Positions 16,807 through 25,557 of a stretch of DNA of 26,746 nucleotides are shown here, piece after piece. The notes under the pieces are model-generated. The model made no database searches and had not been told where the DNA came from. It was given only the letters and a program-made list of their open reading frames with translations. Source of the DNA: a virus (taxonomy: Duplodnaviria > Caudoviricetes). The stretch is from the IMG/VR virus record IMGVR_UViG_3300030098_003834, positions 1 to 26,746 of that record; one strand, written 5' to 3'. The position numbers and the translations under genes were made by a program. Numbering within the stretch: the stretch's first letter is position 1; each line of letters begins with the position of its first letter.

Positions 16807-18159
16807 ATGGTTGGATATATTAACACAATTGCAGATTTAGAAGCACAAACATACGGAACGGGCGCAACTGGGCATATTAGCAACCAGTTGCTTAAAGCGG
16901 CAGGAACCGTTAGTGGCATTCATGTCGCTCACGATGGCGCATTAAGCGACCCAACAGGTATTAACGCAAATCTTTACAACAAGATTTACGGCCAAAAGGT
17001 ATGGTCTATGTTAAACCGAGAATGCAACGCATTGTCTGTTATCGCAAAGCGACCATATTCTTCAAGTGGCTGGAGAATTTTGAAGAAAAGACCCGCAGGT
17101 GGAGCAGGAAACTTCTTGGACATTTCTGCCGCTTCCAACACAACTCTCAATACTGCGCTTTATGGTGCTGATTCTTTGAGAGCAGACCGAATCGGTGGTG
17201 TTCCTGAAAATGCTTCATTAGATTCTGATTCAGACGGTCTTCAATCAATTGCTCCCGAATACGATGTTCTCTTTACGAGTCCAAAGATTATTGCTCATCA
17301 ATTCTCTTTCAGCGAATTGGCTATGGAAATGGCTCAAATTGACGATGGTATCGGTGATATTAGAGCGCAATTGAGAGAAGATATGGGCAAGCACCACGCA
17401 GAAGTTCAAAACACCATGCTTGTTATGCCATTGGAGAACTATTCTCCAACTACGGCCTATAACACGGCAAACGCAATTGATAGAGGATATACTTCTCTTT
17501 TCAAGATTGTAAGCAACTCGGCTGAAATAACTGAGTTGGCTGACAATTCTGGTGGAAACCTTGTTGATTCTGCTAGTGACCAACAAATTGACACTCTTTA
17601 CGGAAAACTCCGAAGTGCGTCTGGAAACGAGTATTTAGATGCAGAAGTTTCTTTTGGTGATGGCTACCTTTCAGCAGAAGCACGACAATTGACCTTAACG
17701 GTTATTAACGATATGCTCCGAAGACTCCGTGTTGCAGGTGGTTCTCCAAAGGTTATCCTTACTGGATATGATACCCTTCAAACGCTTTCTGACTTATTAC
17801 AAGCCCAAGAGCGATTCATGGATAGAAAGGAAATTGTTCCTACTGTTAATGGTGTTCGTGGTGTTAAAGGTCAAGAAGTCGGATTCCGTGTTTCTACCTA
17901 CTACGACATTCCTTTGATTCCTGTTGCTGCTATGCCTTCAACTGGAAACAATTCAAGTTTGATTAGCGATATGCTTTTCCTTGATACTGACCATTTGTGG
18001 CTATCTGTTATGAAGCCTACACAATACTTTGAAGATGGTATCAGCAACGGAAACCCATTCGGTGTTGGTAATCTTGGAAACAAGGCTCTTTATCGCACAA
18101 TGGGTGAAACTGGTTGTTCTTACTTCAAGGGTCAAGGAAAGATTACCAATCTCCTTTGA
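16807..18159 (+). CDS. mcp: Major capsid protein (HK97 fold expected)
   Basis: 450 aa, directly after the protease/scaffold, with strong RBS. Typical late-MCP segments PKVILTGYDT and GFRVSTYYDIPLIP...DMLFLDTDHL. Confidence 0.88.
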   Translation: MVGYINTIADLEAQTYGTGATGHISNQLLKAAGTVSGIHVAHDGALSDPTGINANLYNKIYGQKVWSMLNRECNALSVIAKRPYSSSGWRILKKRPAGGAGNFLDISAASNTTLNTALYGADSLRADRIGGVPENASLDSDSDGLQSIAPEYDVLFTSPKIIAHQFSFSELAMEMAQIDDGIGDIRAQLREDMGKHHAEVQNTMLVMPLENYSPTTAYNTANAIDRGYTSLFKIVSNSAEITELADNSGGNLVDSASDQQIDTLYGKLRSASGNEYLDAEVSFGDGYLSAEARQLTLTVINDMLRRLRVAGGSPKVILTGYDTLQTLSDLLQAQERFMDRKEIVPTVNGVRGVKGQEVGFRVSTYYDIPLIPVAAMPSTGNNSSLISDMLFLDTDHLWLSVMKPTQYFEDGISNGNPFGVGNLGNKALYRTMGETGCSYFKGQGKITNLL

Positions 18160-18169
18160 GGTGATTTAA

Positions 18170-18535
18170 TTGACAGAAGAAGTTTTTACGGTGAGTCTGT
18201 TAGCAGACCATAAGGGTTTTACCAAACCGAGAGCAAATGGCGATGAATACATGGTTGATGCTCTACTTGATGTTTCAACCTATGATGCTTCTGGTGTTGT
18301 TCTTAATGCAAGTAATTTCGGATTAAAAACAATTACTGCGGTTTCTCATACTGGAACTAGCAATGTAAAGTTTTATCCAACCTTTGTGATTTCAGGAACA
18401 GATGGAAGTTATACTAGCGCAACATCATTTACAATGCTAATTGTTGATGCTTTACAGGCTACTCCTGCTGAAGTTGCAGATGGTGGAACACATAGCGGAA
18501 TGCAATTTAGATTGAGAGTATTTGGAAACCTTTGA
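18170..18535 (+). CDS. Putative minor capsid/decoration protein
   Basis: TTG start with GAGGTGA RBS immediately after the MCP; beta-rich, S/T/G-rich 121 aa. Function inferred from position. Confidence 0.55.
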   Translation: MTEEVFTVSLLADHKGFTKPRANGDEYMVDALLDVSTYDASGVVLNASNFGLKTITAVSHTGTSNVKFYPTFVISGTDGSYTSATSFTMLIVDALQATPAEVADGGTHSGMQFRLRVFGNL

Positions 18536-18545
18536 GGTGTTTTAA

Positions 18546-18866
18546 TTGGCAACAATTAAACTAACCAAAGGCTCAAGGGCAAAAACGCTCTTAGTCAATG
18601 GAGAGTTATTGGCAAGGGATATTTCTTTAGATGTTCCTGTCCAAGACGCTTTACGATATTTGGGCGATAATTGTCTTGATATTTCTTTTGCTGAAAGTGA
18701 AAGAAAAGAATTGAAGCAAATCGACCCTTCTGTTTTAACTCGATTAGGAAAGGCTTTAGGCAGGGATTTAGATACACATGATAAACTGTGTGCATATCTT
18801 CTTCCCGCTAAGGCTAAATCTAAGAAAAGCCCTGCTAAGAGCAAAAAGTCGTCTTTGACTGAATAA
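18546..18866 (+). CDS. Hypothetical protein with Lys-rich C-terminal tail
   Basis: TTG start with GAGGTG RBS; ends AKAKSKKSPAKSKKSSLTE. Confidence 0.6.
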   Translation: MATIKLTKGSRAKTLLVNGELLARDISLDVPVQDALRYLGDNCLDISFAESERKELKQIDPSVLTRLGKALGRDLDTHDKLCAYLLPAKAKSKKSPAKSKKSSLTE

Positions 18867-18927
18867 TCTTAGCGATAGGGTTAAGAGGGTGATGCCTCAT
18901 AGACAGTTTGAGCGAGAGTGATGAATC

Positions 18928-19245
18928 ATGCCGAGTTGCAGAAGTAGCGGAGTATTAACGGCCAGTTCATTAGTTTTTAATGGACAATGTAAATTAATTA
19001 GCATTCATGCTCAATATACTGGAACAACAGGAATAACTACTGTTAAGGTATTTGATAATACTGCGGCAAGTGGTAAAGAATTAGCAAGAATAATTCTTCA
19101 AGCCCCCAATCCAGCCGACCCAACGCTTTATAACAGTTCAACATTTGAATTTGATATGCATGGTGTAATTGCTTCTAATGGATTATTTTTAGAAATATCC
19201 ACAGGTGCGGGAACAGGTGCGGCAGTTTCAGTTGAGTTCGCTTGA
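18928..19245 (+). CDS. Putative small beta-rich virion protein
   Basis: 105 aa, G/T/S/A-rich with VKVFDNTAASGKELARI; resembles small structural proteins of tailed viruses (inference). Confidence 0.55.
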   Translation: MPSCRSSGVLTASSLVFNGQCKLISIHAQYTGTTGITTVKVFDNTAASGKELARIILQAPNPADPTLYNSSTFEFDMHGVIASNGLFLEISTGAGTGAAVSVEFA

Positions 19246-19254
19246 GGTGATTAT

Positions 19255-19638
19255 ATGGCAGCATTAAGTCAAGATACTCGTCTAATTATGACAATTCTAT
19301 TTGTCGGTGCATTAAGCGGAACAAATGTTTGGGCATATGCAGCATTTGGAATGAATTTCCCATATGGCCCATTAGCCCATTCTGTTCTATTTGGTTTAGG
19401 AACAATTGGTGCAATTATGGTTATGAAAGCAATCTTTGATTTATCACTCAATGATAGAATAGAACTTTGGCTCTTAGACCGTAAAATTGCGGCATACTGG
19501 GAAAGAAAGGCTAGGGATGAACAACAAAAACAAAAGATGCGTGAAAGTGCAAAACAATATAATACTACCTTTTATCAACCTGTTCAGCAAGAAGAAGAGA
19601 ATAGCGTTGGTAATGAGTTCTTAGCCGCACTTCAATAG
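19255..19638 (+). CDS. Membrane protein, two predicted TM helices plus charged coiled-coil C-terminus
   Basis: Hydrophobic stretches LIMTILFVGALSGTNVWAYAAFG and LAHSVLFGLGTIGAIMVMKAIF; GAGGTGA RBS. Confidence 0.75.
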   Translation: MAALSQDTRLIMTILFVGALSGTNVWAYAAFGMNFPYGPLAHSVLFGLGTIGAIMVMKAIFDLSLNDRIELWLLDRKIAAYWERKARDEQQKQKMRESAKQYNTTFYQPVQQEEENSVGNEFLAALQ

Positions 19639-19649
19639 GCGGTGAAAGA

Positions 19650-19868
19650 ATGGTCTTTGGCGACATAATGGGCTTTTCTGATTCAGACTACGCTTACAAT
19701 CAGCAAAGAGCGCATTCTGCTGACATCTTTTTTTTGAAGATGCGAATGCTTTTTTGGGGTTCATGTGCCTGTCTTTCAGGTTTTCTTGTTGGAAACATTT
19801 TAGGTGTTTTTGATATTAATGTCATGGGTTGGCTTTTTGATACTCTCCTTAACGGGTGGGGGCATTAA
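19650..19868 (+). CDS. Small membrane protein
   Basis: Hydrophobic MLFWGSCACLSGFLVGNILGVFDINVMGWLF; GCGGTGA RBS. Confidence 0.7.
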   Translation: MVFGDIMGFSDSDYAYNQQRAHSADIFFLKMRMLFWGSCACLSGFLVGNILGVFDINVMGWLFDTLLNGWGH

Positions 19869-20536
19869 TGTCATTAATGACAGGATTTGCTATTCTTGTC
19901 GGTGAAGCAATTATAGGATTCTACAAAAAGGTTCACGCCATTAATTTTGGAGTTTATGGGGCAACAATGGTTGGTAAAACAACATTAAGTCATCAGTTAA
20001 GAACGAGAGGAGAAGTGCCACAAATTAACGAAAGAACTGTTGGGCGACATAGAGCAACGAGAAAAAATGTTAAAATAGACGGTAATTCTCATACAGTAAG
20101 AAGTGCAGATATTGGTGGAGAAGCAATTTACTGGAAAGAATGGGAAAAAGACATGCAAAACCGAAGAGTAAAATACGTTGTTTTTATGATTGACCACCGA
20201 CATTTAGATAATGAAATTAACTTAGACCACCAATTAGCATGGAAATTTTTAGTCGATTCAATAATTTCAAACAGATGGTCGAATGGAAAAAAGAAAAGAG
20301 AATCTGATTATCCAATCGCAATAGGTATTTGGGCAAATAAATATGACATTTGGGGGAAAAAATACCCGTTAGCAGAAGGCCAAGAAATAGATAAACATGA
20401 GATTTTTGAACCATTTAAATACGGTATGAGAAAGTTAAACGATAAAGGAATACCATGTTTCAAATATATTGTATCTGCAAAGTCTGACCCCGAAATGGTT
20501 TATAGAGGAATTACTACAATGATAAAGGACTACTGA
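19868..20536 (+). CDS. Ras-superfamily (Arf/Sar-like) small GTPase
   Basis: G1 GATMVGKT, G2 RTVG, G3 DIGG(E), beta-4 VVFMID, G4 WANKYD, G5 VSAK. Hydrophobic N-terminal helix. ATG 19868 overlaps the upstream TAA. Confidence 0.88.
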   Translation: MSLMTGFAILVGEAIIGFYKKVHAINFGVYGATMVGKTTLSHQLRTRGEVPQINERTVGRHRATRKNVKIDGNSHTVRSADIGGEAIYWKEWEKDMQNRRVKYVVFMIDHRHLDNEINLDHQLAWKFLVDSIISNRWSNGKKKRESDYPIAIGIWANKYDIWGKKYPLAEGQEIDKHEIFEPFKYGMRKLNDKGIPCFKYIVSAKSDPEMVYRGITTMIKDY

Positions 20537-20541
20537 TTATT

Positions 20542-21222
20542 ATGTATCAAAATAATATTATAGGACAAACTGCACCACAACAATTTAATCCTTCTCTTTC
20601 GCCACTTAAACAGGCAAGAGCAAGCGGTGTTGTGCAAGAATACAAGTTTATTTCATACAAACCTAAGGCTCAATTAAAAGAACTTAAATTGGTTCTAAAA
20701 GCAGAACCAAAGAAGTTTTTAGGTATTAAGTATGGAAAAAAGTTTAATCTTAAAGATAGGTGTGTTGTCTGCGGTTTTCATCATGTTTGGGAACAAGGAG
20801 ATTATATGCGTCCACCTATGCCTTTAGATGGTGTAGTCAAAGGACGACCACTAATGGGAACTTATTGTCCTAAGCATGCTTCTATTTACGTTCAATTAGA
20901 AATGCTACAACAACAGATACTTGCTGATAAGCACGGTTTAGAATTTAGTGCCTTCAAACCACGAATGCCTAAAATTCTTAAAGGTGGGCCAATTAAGACT
21001 TTAAGCAAAGAAGATGTTATGAGCCTTACATCAGCAGGATGGTTTATAACCCCACCCGCATTAGGAGATTCAAAGACGGCAACGGATGAAGTCATTCGTT
21101 TGATTACAGAAATAAATATTATGACGGAAAGACTCAATCATTTAATGCTTAAGCACAATGTTCAAGCACAAAATGAATTACCGCAAGAAGAAGCAAAGGA
21201 AGAAGTAGTTAAGGAGGCATAA
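20542..21222 (+). CDS. Hypothetical protein with probable Zn-binding site and C-terminal coiled coil
   Basis: CVVCGFHH...YCPKH metal-ligand pattern; helical C-terminus. Confidence 0.7.
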   Translation: MYQNNIIGQTAPQQFNPSLSPLKQARASGVVQEYKFISYKPKAQLKELKLVLKAEPKKFLGIKYGKKFNLKDRCVVCGFHHVWEQGDYMRPPMPLDGVVKGRPLMGTYCPKHASIYVQLEMLQQQILADKHGLEFSAFKPRMPKILKGGPIKTLSKEDVMSLTSAGWFITPPALGDSKTATDEVIRLITEINIMTERLNHLMLKHNVQAQNELPQEEAKEEVVKEA

Positions 21223-21224
21223 AT

Positions 21225-21884
21225 ATGGTATTTGGAACAAGCAATAAAACAGTTTTAGGAGCAGTTCAGCAACAATCAGACGCACAATTTAAGACAGTAA
21301 ATAACTTATTATCTTTACAGGAAAATCACGTTGAAGAGTTCTTTCAATATCATGGAGAACAATTCTTGGTTGCTCTTGAAAAGTTAATGGAAGATGTTGT
21401 TGAACGAGTAGTTTCTCAAATGCTAGGTAAATTAGCATTTAGTCAAAATGGAAACATCATTTCTGTAAATCCTGATGCTATGAGAGAATATGAAAGAATT
21501 ACTCAAGAAAATATTGATTTAGATATTCAAAAGTTATTGCAATCGGCTATCAATAGTGAAGTTATTATGCAAAGAAAGATGGCCAAACAACAATATCTCG
21601 AATCTCAAGGTTTTGGTGGTGGTAATGGAATACAACAAATTACGCAGCCAACCGCAGCATCAGCAATTGCAGGAATTACTGGCAATCAGCAACAATATGC
21701 TCAAATGCAGGGTGCTATGAATAATGGTTCAGGCTATCCTGTTCCTCCATCGGGAACAGATGGATATGGCCGTCCTTACTGGATTGATGCTCAAGGACAA
21801 ATGAGTTATGAACCACCTACAAGTGGTTTGGGATTAGGTTCAGCAATTCAAAAAGGTGCTGCTTGGGCAAAATGGCTCATGTGA
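21225..21884 (+). CDS. Hypothetical protein: helical N-half, Q/G-rich low-complexity region, amphipathic C-terminus
   Basis: AGGAGG RBS; ends GLGLGSAIQKGAAWAKWLM. Confidence 0.7.
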   Translation: MVFGTSNKTVLGAVQQQSDAQFKTVNNLLSLQENHVEEFFQYHGEQFLVALEKLMEDVVERVVSQMLGKLAFSQNGNIISVNPDAMREYERITQENIDLDIQKLLQSAINSEVIMQRKMAKQQYLESQGFGGGNGIQQITQPTAASAIAGITGNQQQYAQMQGAMNNGSGYPVPPSGTDGYGRPYWIDAQGQMSYEPPTSGLGLGSAIQKGAAWAKWLM

Positions 21885-21894
21885 GGTGAAATAA

Positions 21895-23526
21895 GTGGTT
21901 AATTTCAATTGGGGTAAGCAGACTCTTAGTTTGCCCCGTTCAGCGTCTTTTATTGAAACGCAGATGAAAAACTACATTCTTGACGGTAATAAAGAATTTC
22001 GTCGTAGAGTGAGAAAAGCAAAAGAAAGCGTTGAAGATAGTGAGCCAAATAGTGCTGCATTAAAGAGTGAATTAACCAAAATCTTAGAAAAAGTTCTTGA
22101 TGAACCTTTAAAGCCAATCTTAGAAAGAGATACTGATTCATGGAAAATATTTTCTCGTAAGAGAGATAAAAGTCCTAATGAAGCAAATCTTTCTTTTATT
22201 GAAGATAAAAAAGTTGGAGATATTACTAGTGGAAAAGTTATTGGCAGATTAAGAGGAACGGATGTTTCTTTTATTCGTGGTGGTAAAACCAAACTACCTG
22301 ACTTTGATTTTGATGATTTTTTTTCAGCATATGGAAAAGAACCCCAAATTGCCTTTGAACTTCTTTTTAGAGAACACGCAAGATATAATGATAGATTTAA
22401 TTATTCTCACCAACCTGCCCGAAGTGGCCTTAAAGGACACATTGAGGCTAAGTTTCCTGCATTTGATTACGGTGATTTAGAAAAAGTAAAGGCTGATTTT
22501 ATCTTAGAAACAACAGGTCAAGAAGCAGGTTATAGACCGAGCAATACAAAAATAAATATTGCAAAGGAAGTAATTGATTACTCTTTTAATATTCCTGAAT
22601 CTGTTTTACAAAAATTAGATATAGAATCTGCACAAGATAACTATGTTACTGAAGCCATAATAAATGAAGATGGTGAATTTGAATCCGTTGGTGAAAAGAT
22701 TCCGATTTCAGATGATACTGACGATGAAATAAACAACTATGTTGTTCAAGCCGCAACAGACAGTTTAGATAGAACCGATGAAATGAGAGATGAAGATATT
22801 ATTCAAATCGGAGATAAATATTATACATATCAATTTACTCCTCAAGGTGAATCAGACAAACAAGCCTATCTTAAATTTGAAGGAGATGGAGCAGGAACAA
22901 TTGAAGGCTTCTTTAAAGATGAAGCAGTTAAAAATATTATTATGAGAATACTTAGACCATTTTTAGTTATTCCTGATGAAGTTTATTCTTTTAAGGTCAT
23001 TGGAAATATTAGAACCAAAAAGAAAACTGCGCCAACATATAGAGAGTTTGCTACTGAAGCAGCAGAAGATTTACGAGTAATGGATGTAGAAACAGGAAAA
23101 GAAGGAAAACCATTAACTCAATCTATGATTGATGAGCAATCTAAAAGAGCATTTAGTCATAAGACAGAAAAAGATGAGGATGGAAACCCAGTTTTTATTT
23201 CTGAAAAAGAATATGCTAAATTACCAAAAGAAGAAAAAGAAAACTATAAGTCTGAAATTAGGTATTATGAGATTAGTGAAGGTGGAGTTAAAAGCACAAA
23301 AGATTCTGCTGAATTTGGTGAAGAAGAGGTAATGGCCGAAACTGTTCGTGCAGAAGACCTTAAAGATGCTTTTAGAGAAGCATACGTCGAATTAACATTT
23401 GAAGCGACTAAGCATGGTGAATATAACCTAAGCGGTTCTCGTTCAAGACAAAACAGAAGTATGGTTACTTACACAAATAAACTCAAAAAGAATGTAAGAA
23501 AATTAAAGAGAATGATTGGTGTCTAA
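21895..23526 (+). CDS. Large acidic hypothetical protein
   Basis: GTG start with GAGGTGA RBS; 543-aa open frame with basic termini and acidic core. Confidence 0.7.
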   Translation: MVNFNWGKQTLSLPRSASFIETQMKNYILDGNKEFRRRVRKAKESVEDSEPNSAALKSELTKILEKVLDEPLKPILERDTDSWKIFSRKRDKSPNEANLSFIEDKKVGDITSGKVIGRLRGTDVSFIRGGKTKLPDFDFDDFFSAYGKEPQIAFELLFREHARYNDRFNYSHQPARSGLKGHIEAKFPAFDYGDLEKVKADFILETTGQEAGYRPSNTKINIAKEVIDYSFNIPESVLQKLDIESAQDNYVTEAIINEDGEFESVGEKIPISDDTDDEINNYVVQAATDSLDRTDEMRDEDIIQIGDKYYTYQFTPQGESDKQAYLKFEGDGAGTIEGFFKDEAVKNIIMRILRPFLVIPDEVYSFKVIGNIRTKKKTAPTYREFATEAAEDLRVMDVETGKEGKPLTQSMIDEQSKRAFSHKTEKDEDGNPVFISEKEYAKLPKEEKENYKSEIRYYEISEGGVKSTKDSAEFGEEEVMAETVRAEDLKDAFREAYVELTFEATKHGEYNLSGSRSRQNRSMVTYTNKLKKNVRKLKRMIGV

Positions 23527-23527
23527 A

Positions 23528-24829
23528 ATGGGTCAAACAATCTCGCCAAGCGATTTTACAGAAATTAATCCTGATTATTCTCAAGGTCGGGGATTCTATA
23601 CAAATGCTACCGAAGTTGCCAACTTACTTCAAGTTCCTGCCTTTTCAGTCTCAACATTCCCCACATTGGCCCAAGTTGGTTCAATTATCAAAAGGGTGGA
23701 AGGAATCGTTGATGACAAGGTAAAGCGGTCATACCGACCAATTATCACAAAGGATGAACACCATAACTTTGAATTTTCTCACCTGCCACACAAGGCATAT
23801 TACGGTGGTCATGTTGGTTTTGTTCAATTAGCAAAAATGAAAGTAAGAAAGATTGTTTCTTTACTTTTGTGGCAAGGTAGCCAGTATATTGAAATTGCGT
23901 CGGCTCAAGCCAAAATTACTTTGCTTGAGAATTTTAGAGACTTACATTCCATTATTTTACAATTACCAAACAACGGTGTATCTTTTGAGATGATTGCTGA
24001 AAACAATTTAAGTGATTTAGCAAACGATGAGTTCAATAATACCTTTGGTATCAAAACAACCAACGAAGAAATCATCTCTTTGGTGAACGAATCTTTTCCT
24101 TCAATGTCTCAATTTACTGGTGCAACTGCACCGAAAAGCCTCACTCAATCTAATTTATCCATTTCTGACTTTTTCTATGCCGCCAAGAACAAGAATAATG
24201 GCAAGCAAATTCTCTTCTCATCCCTACTTTCGGGGGATGATGGGGCAGATTGCGTCATCAAGGCTACCATAAAACAGTCATGTACGACTGTAAATGCATC
24301 AACGGCTCTTACTGTTTCTGATTCATCTAAATTAGCCGTAGGTATGACTGTTAGTGGAACAGGTATTACAGGAACAATTACTATCGCTTCAATTACTGAT
24401 GCAACAAATGTGGTGTTAAGTGGAACAGCATCGGGAAGCGGAACAAATACTTTAACATTTACAACTACGGAACAAATTCCAACTGTTTGCACATTAATAG
24501 ATTTTACAGACAAAGAAGACTTAAGAAGACTTGGAGACTATTGGACTATCAATGAAGAGGGCCGTATTTTCTTTTTGAAAGATTATCCTTATCATAGAAA
24601 TAATTCAGTTATTGTTTCATATATTGCTGGTGATAATAGAGTTCCTTCTGCTATTCACGAAGCAACAACAAAATTAGCAGCATCTGAAATTATACGACAT
24701 GATGACCAAAGTATTCTAATTACAGAATCGGGTGGCAATATTTCTACTAAAGAAAAGTATGATATACTTCGTAAAGAAGCGATGGATATTTTGAAAGGCA
24801 AAGGCGATTTAGTTTATTTCTTAGATTAA
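23528..24829 (+). CDS. Putative head-tail adaptor/connector with inserted domains
   Basis: N-terminal YTNATEVANLL...IIKRVEGIVD and C-terminal VIVSYIAGDNRVPSAIHEATTKLAASEI match SPP1 gp15/HK97 gp6-like adaptor patterns. ATG 23528 preferred over 23516. Confidence 0.65.
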   Translation: MGQTISPSDFTEINPDYSQGRGFYTNATEVANLLQVPAFSVSTFPTLAQVGSIIKRVEGIVDDKVKRSYRPIITKDEHHNFEFSHLPHKAYYGGHVGFVQLAKMKVRKIVSLLLWQGSQYIEIASAQAKITLLENFRDLHSIILQLPNNGVSFEMIAENNLSDLANDEFNNTFGIKTTNEEIISLVNESFPSMSQFTGATAPKSLTQSNLSISDFFYAAKNKNNGKQILFSSLLSGDDGADCVIKATIKQSCTTVNASTALTVSDSSKLAVGMTVSGTGITGTITIASITDATNVVLSGTASGSGTNTLTFTTTEQIPTVCTLIDFTDKEDLRRLGDYWTINEEGRIFFLKDYPYHRNNSVIVSYIAGDNRVPSAIHEATTKLAASEIIRHDDQSILITESGGNISTKEKYDILRKEAMDILKGKGDLVYFLD

Positions 24830-24830
24830 T

Positions 24831-25034
24831 ATGAAATTTAATATTGATACTCGTAAATTTGAGGAACTACTTCAAATCCAAATAGAAAGACAAAAGGCTA
24901 TGAAAGAACTATCAGAAGTTTTAGGTTATGATATTTCTTTTAGTGATGAAGAAGTTAAAAAATTTGCTATCGAAGAATTTAAGAAATATGTTGAAGGAGG
25001 GATTAGCGAGTGGATGAAGTCTCTCTTATCTTAG
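24831..25034 (+). CDS. Hypothetical protein
   Basis: 67-aa ORF filling the gap between adaptor and tail completion genes. Confidence 0.6.
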   Translation: MKFNIDTRKFEELLQIQIERQKAMKELSEVLGYDISFSDEEVKKFAIEEFKKYVEGGISEWMKSLLS

Positions 25035-25522
25035 ATTTATTATCAAACAATTGGTCGTCTAATGCTACTGCTCTTGTTAGTGCAGGAGAAATTGATGCTT
25101 CTCATGCAGTTACTCCTGATTTTATTGACATTAGAACATTATCTGCAAATAAGGGTGTTCGTGTAGATTTGAGTAGGACACCTGCAACAATTGTTGTGTT
25201 TGAAGATTCACAAAACATAGAATATCCAACAATTCACTATGATATAAGAAATGAGACGTATTCATTTACTTTGCATATAAGAGTATTACATGACGAGCGA
25301 GGCGGGGCAGATGCCTCACACGGAAAAGATAGGCTAAGGGCTATATACTTGATACTGCGTAGGACGCTTGAGAGCAAACGCAAAGGTTATACTGCAAGTA
25401 GCGGAGAAAAATTCAATCAGTTATTTCTTGGTTCAAGAAGCGAATCTAATGATAGAGCCAAGCGTTTATTCGGATATAAAGTAACATTAGAAGCAAAACG
25501 ATTCGCACAAACAATTCCCTAA
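25010..25522 (+). CDS. Putative tail completion/terminator protein
   Basis: GTG start with GGAGG RBS; 170 aa with an alpha/beta pattern, directly upstream of the tail tube-like gene. Function is positional inference. Confidence 0.5.
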   Translation: MDEVSLILDLLSNNWSSNATALVSAGEIDASHAVTPDFIDIRTLSANKGVRVDLSRTPATIVVFEDSQNIEYPTIHYDIRNETYSFTLHIRVLHDERGGADASHGKDRLRAIYLILRRTLESKRKGYTASSGEKFNQLFLGSRSESNDRAKRLFGYKVTLEAKRFAQTIP

Positions 25523-25523
25523 C

Positions 25524-25540
25524 GTAAGTAAGTAAGTAAG
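25524..25540 (+). repeat. (GTAA)4 microsatellite in intergenic gap
   Basis: GTAAGTAAGTAAGTAAG seen directly between the stop at 25522 and the GGGGGAG RBS. Confidence 0.85.
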
Positions 25541-25557
25541 GAAAAGGGGGAGATAGC

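Noticed and set aside
17071-17088. WRILKK inside the MCP as another copy of the tag
   Set aside because: Spacing is W-x-I-L-K, not W-x-x-I-L-K, and it lies within the presumed capsid fold; probably coincidental.
19856-19870. MG- N-terminus of the GTPase as an Arf-type myristoylation site
   Set aside because: It depends on the GTG at 19856, which is within the likely RBS (GGGTGGG). The coupled ATG at 19868 is the better start, and a prokaryotic host is not expected to have N-myristoyltransferase.
2390-23332. Short alternative-frame ORFs nested in large genes (e.g. 9361-9579, 16443-16673, 17729-17917, 22262-22480, 23129-23332)
   Set aside because: Fully overlapped by portal, protease, MCP or other long ORFs, with no independent support.
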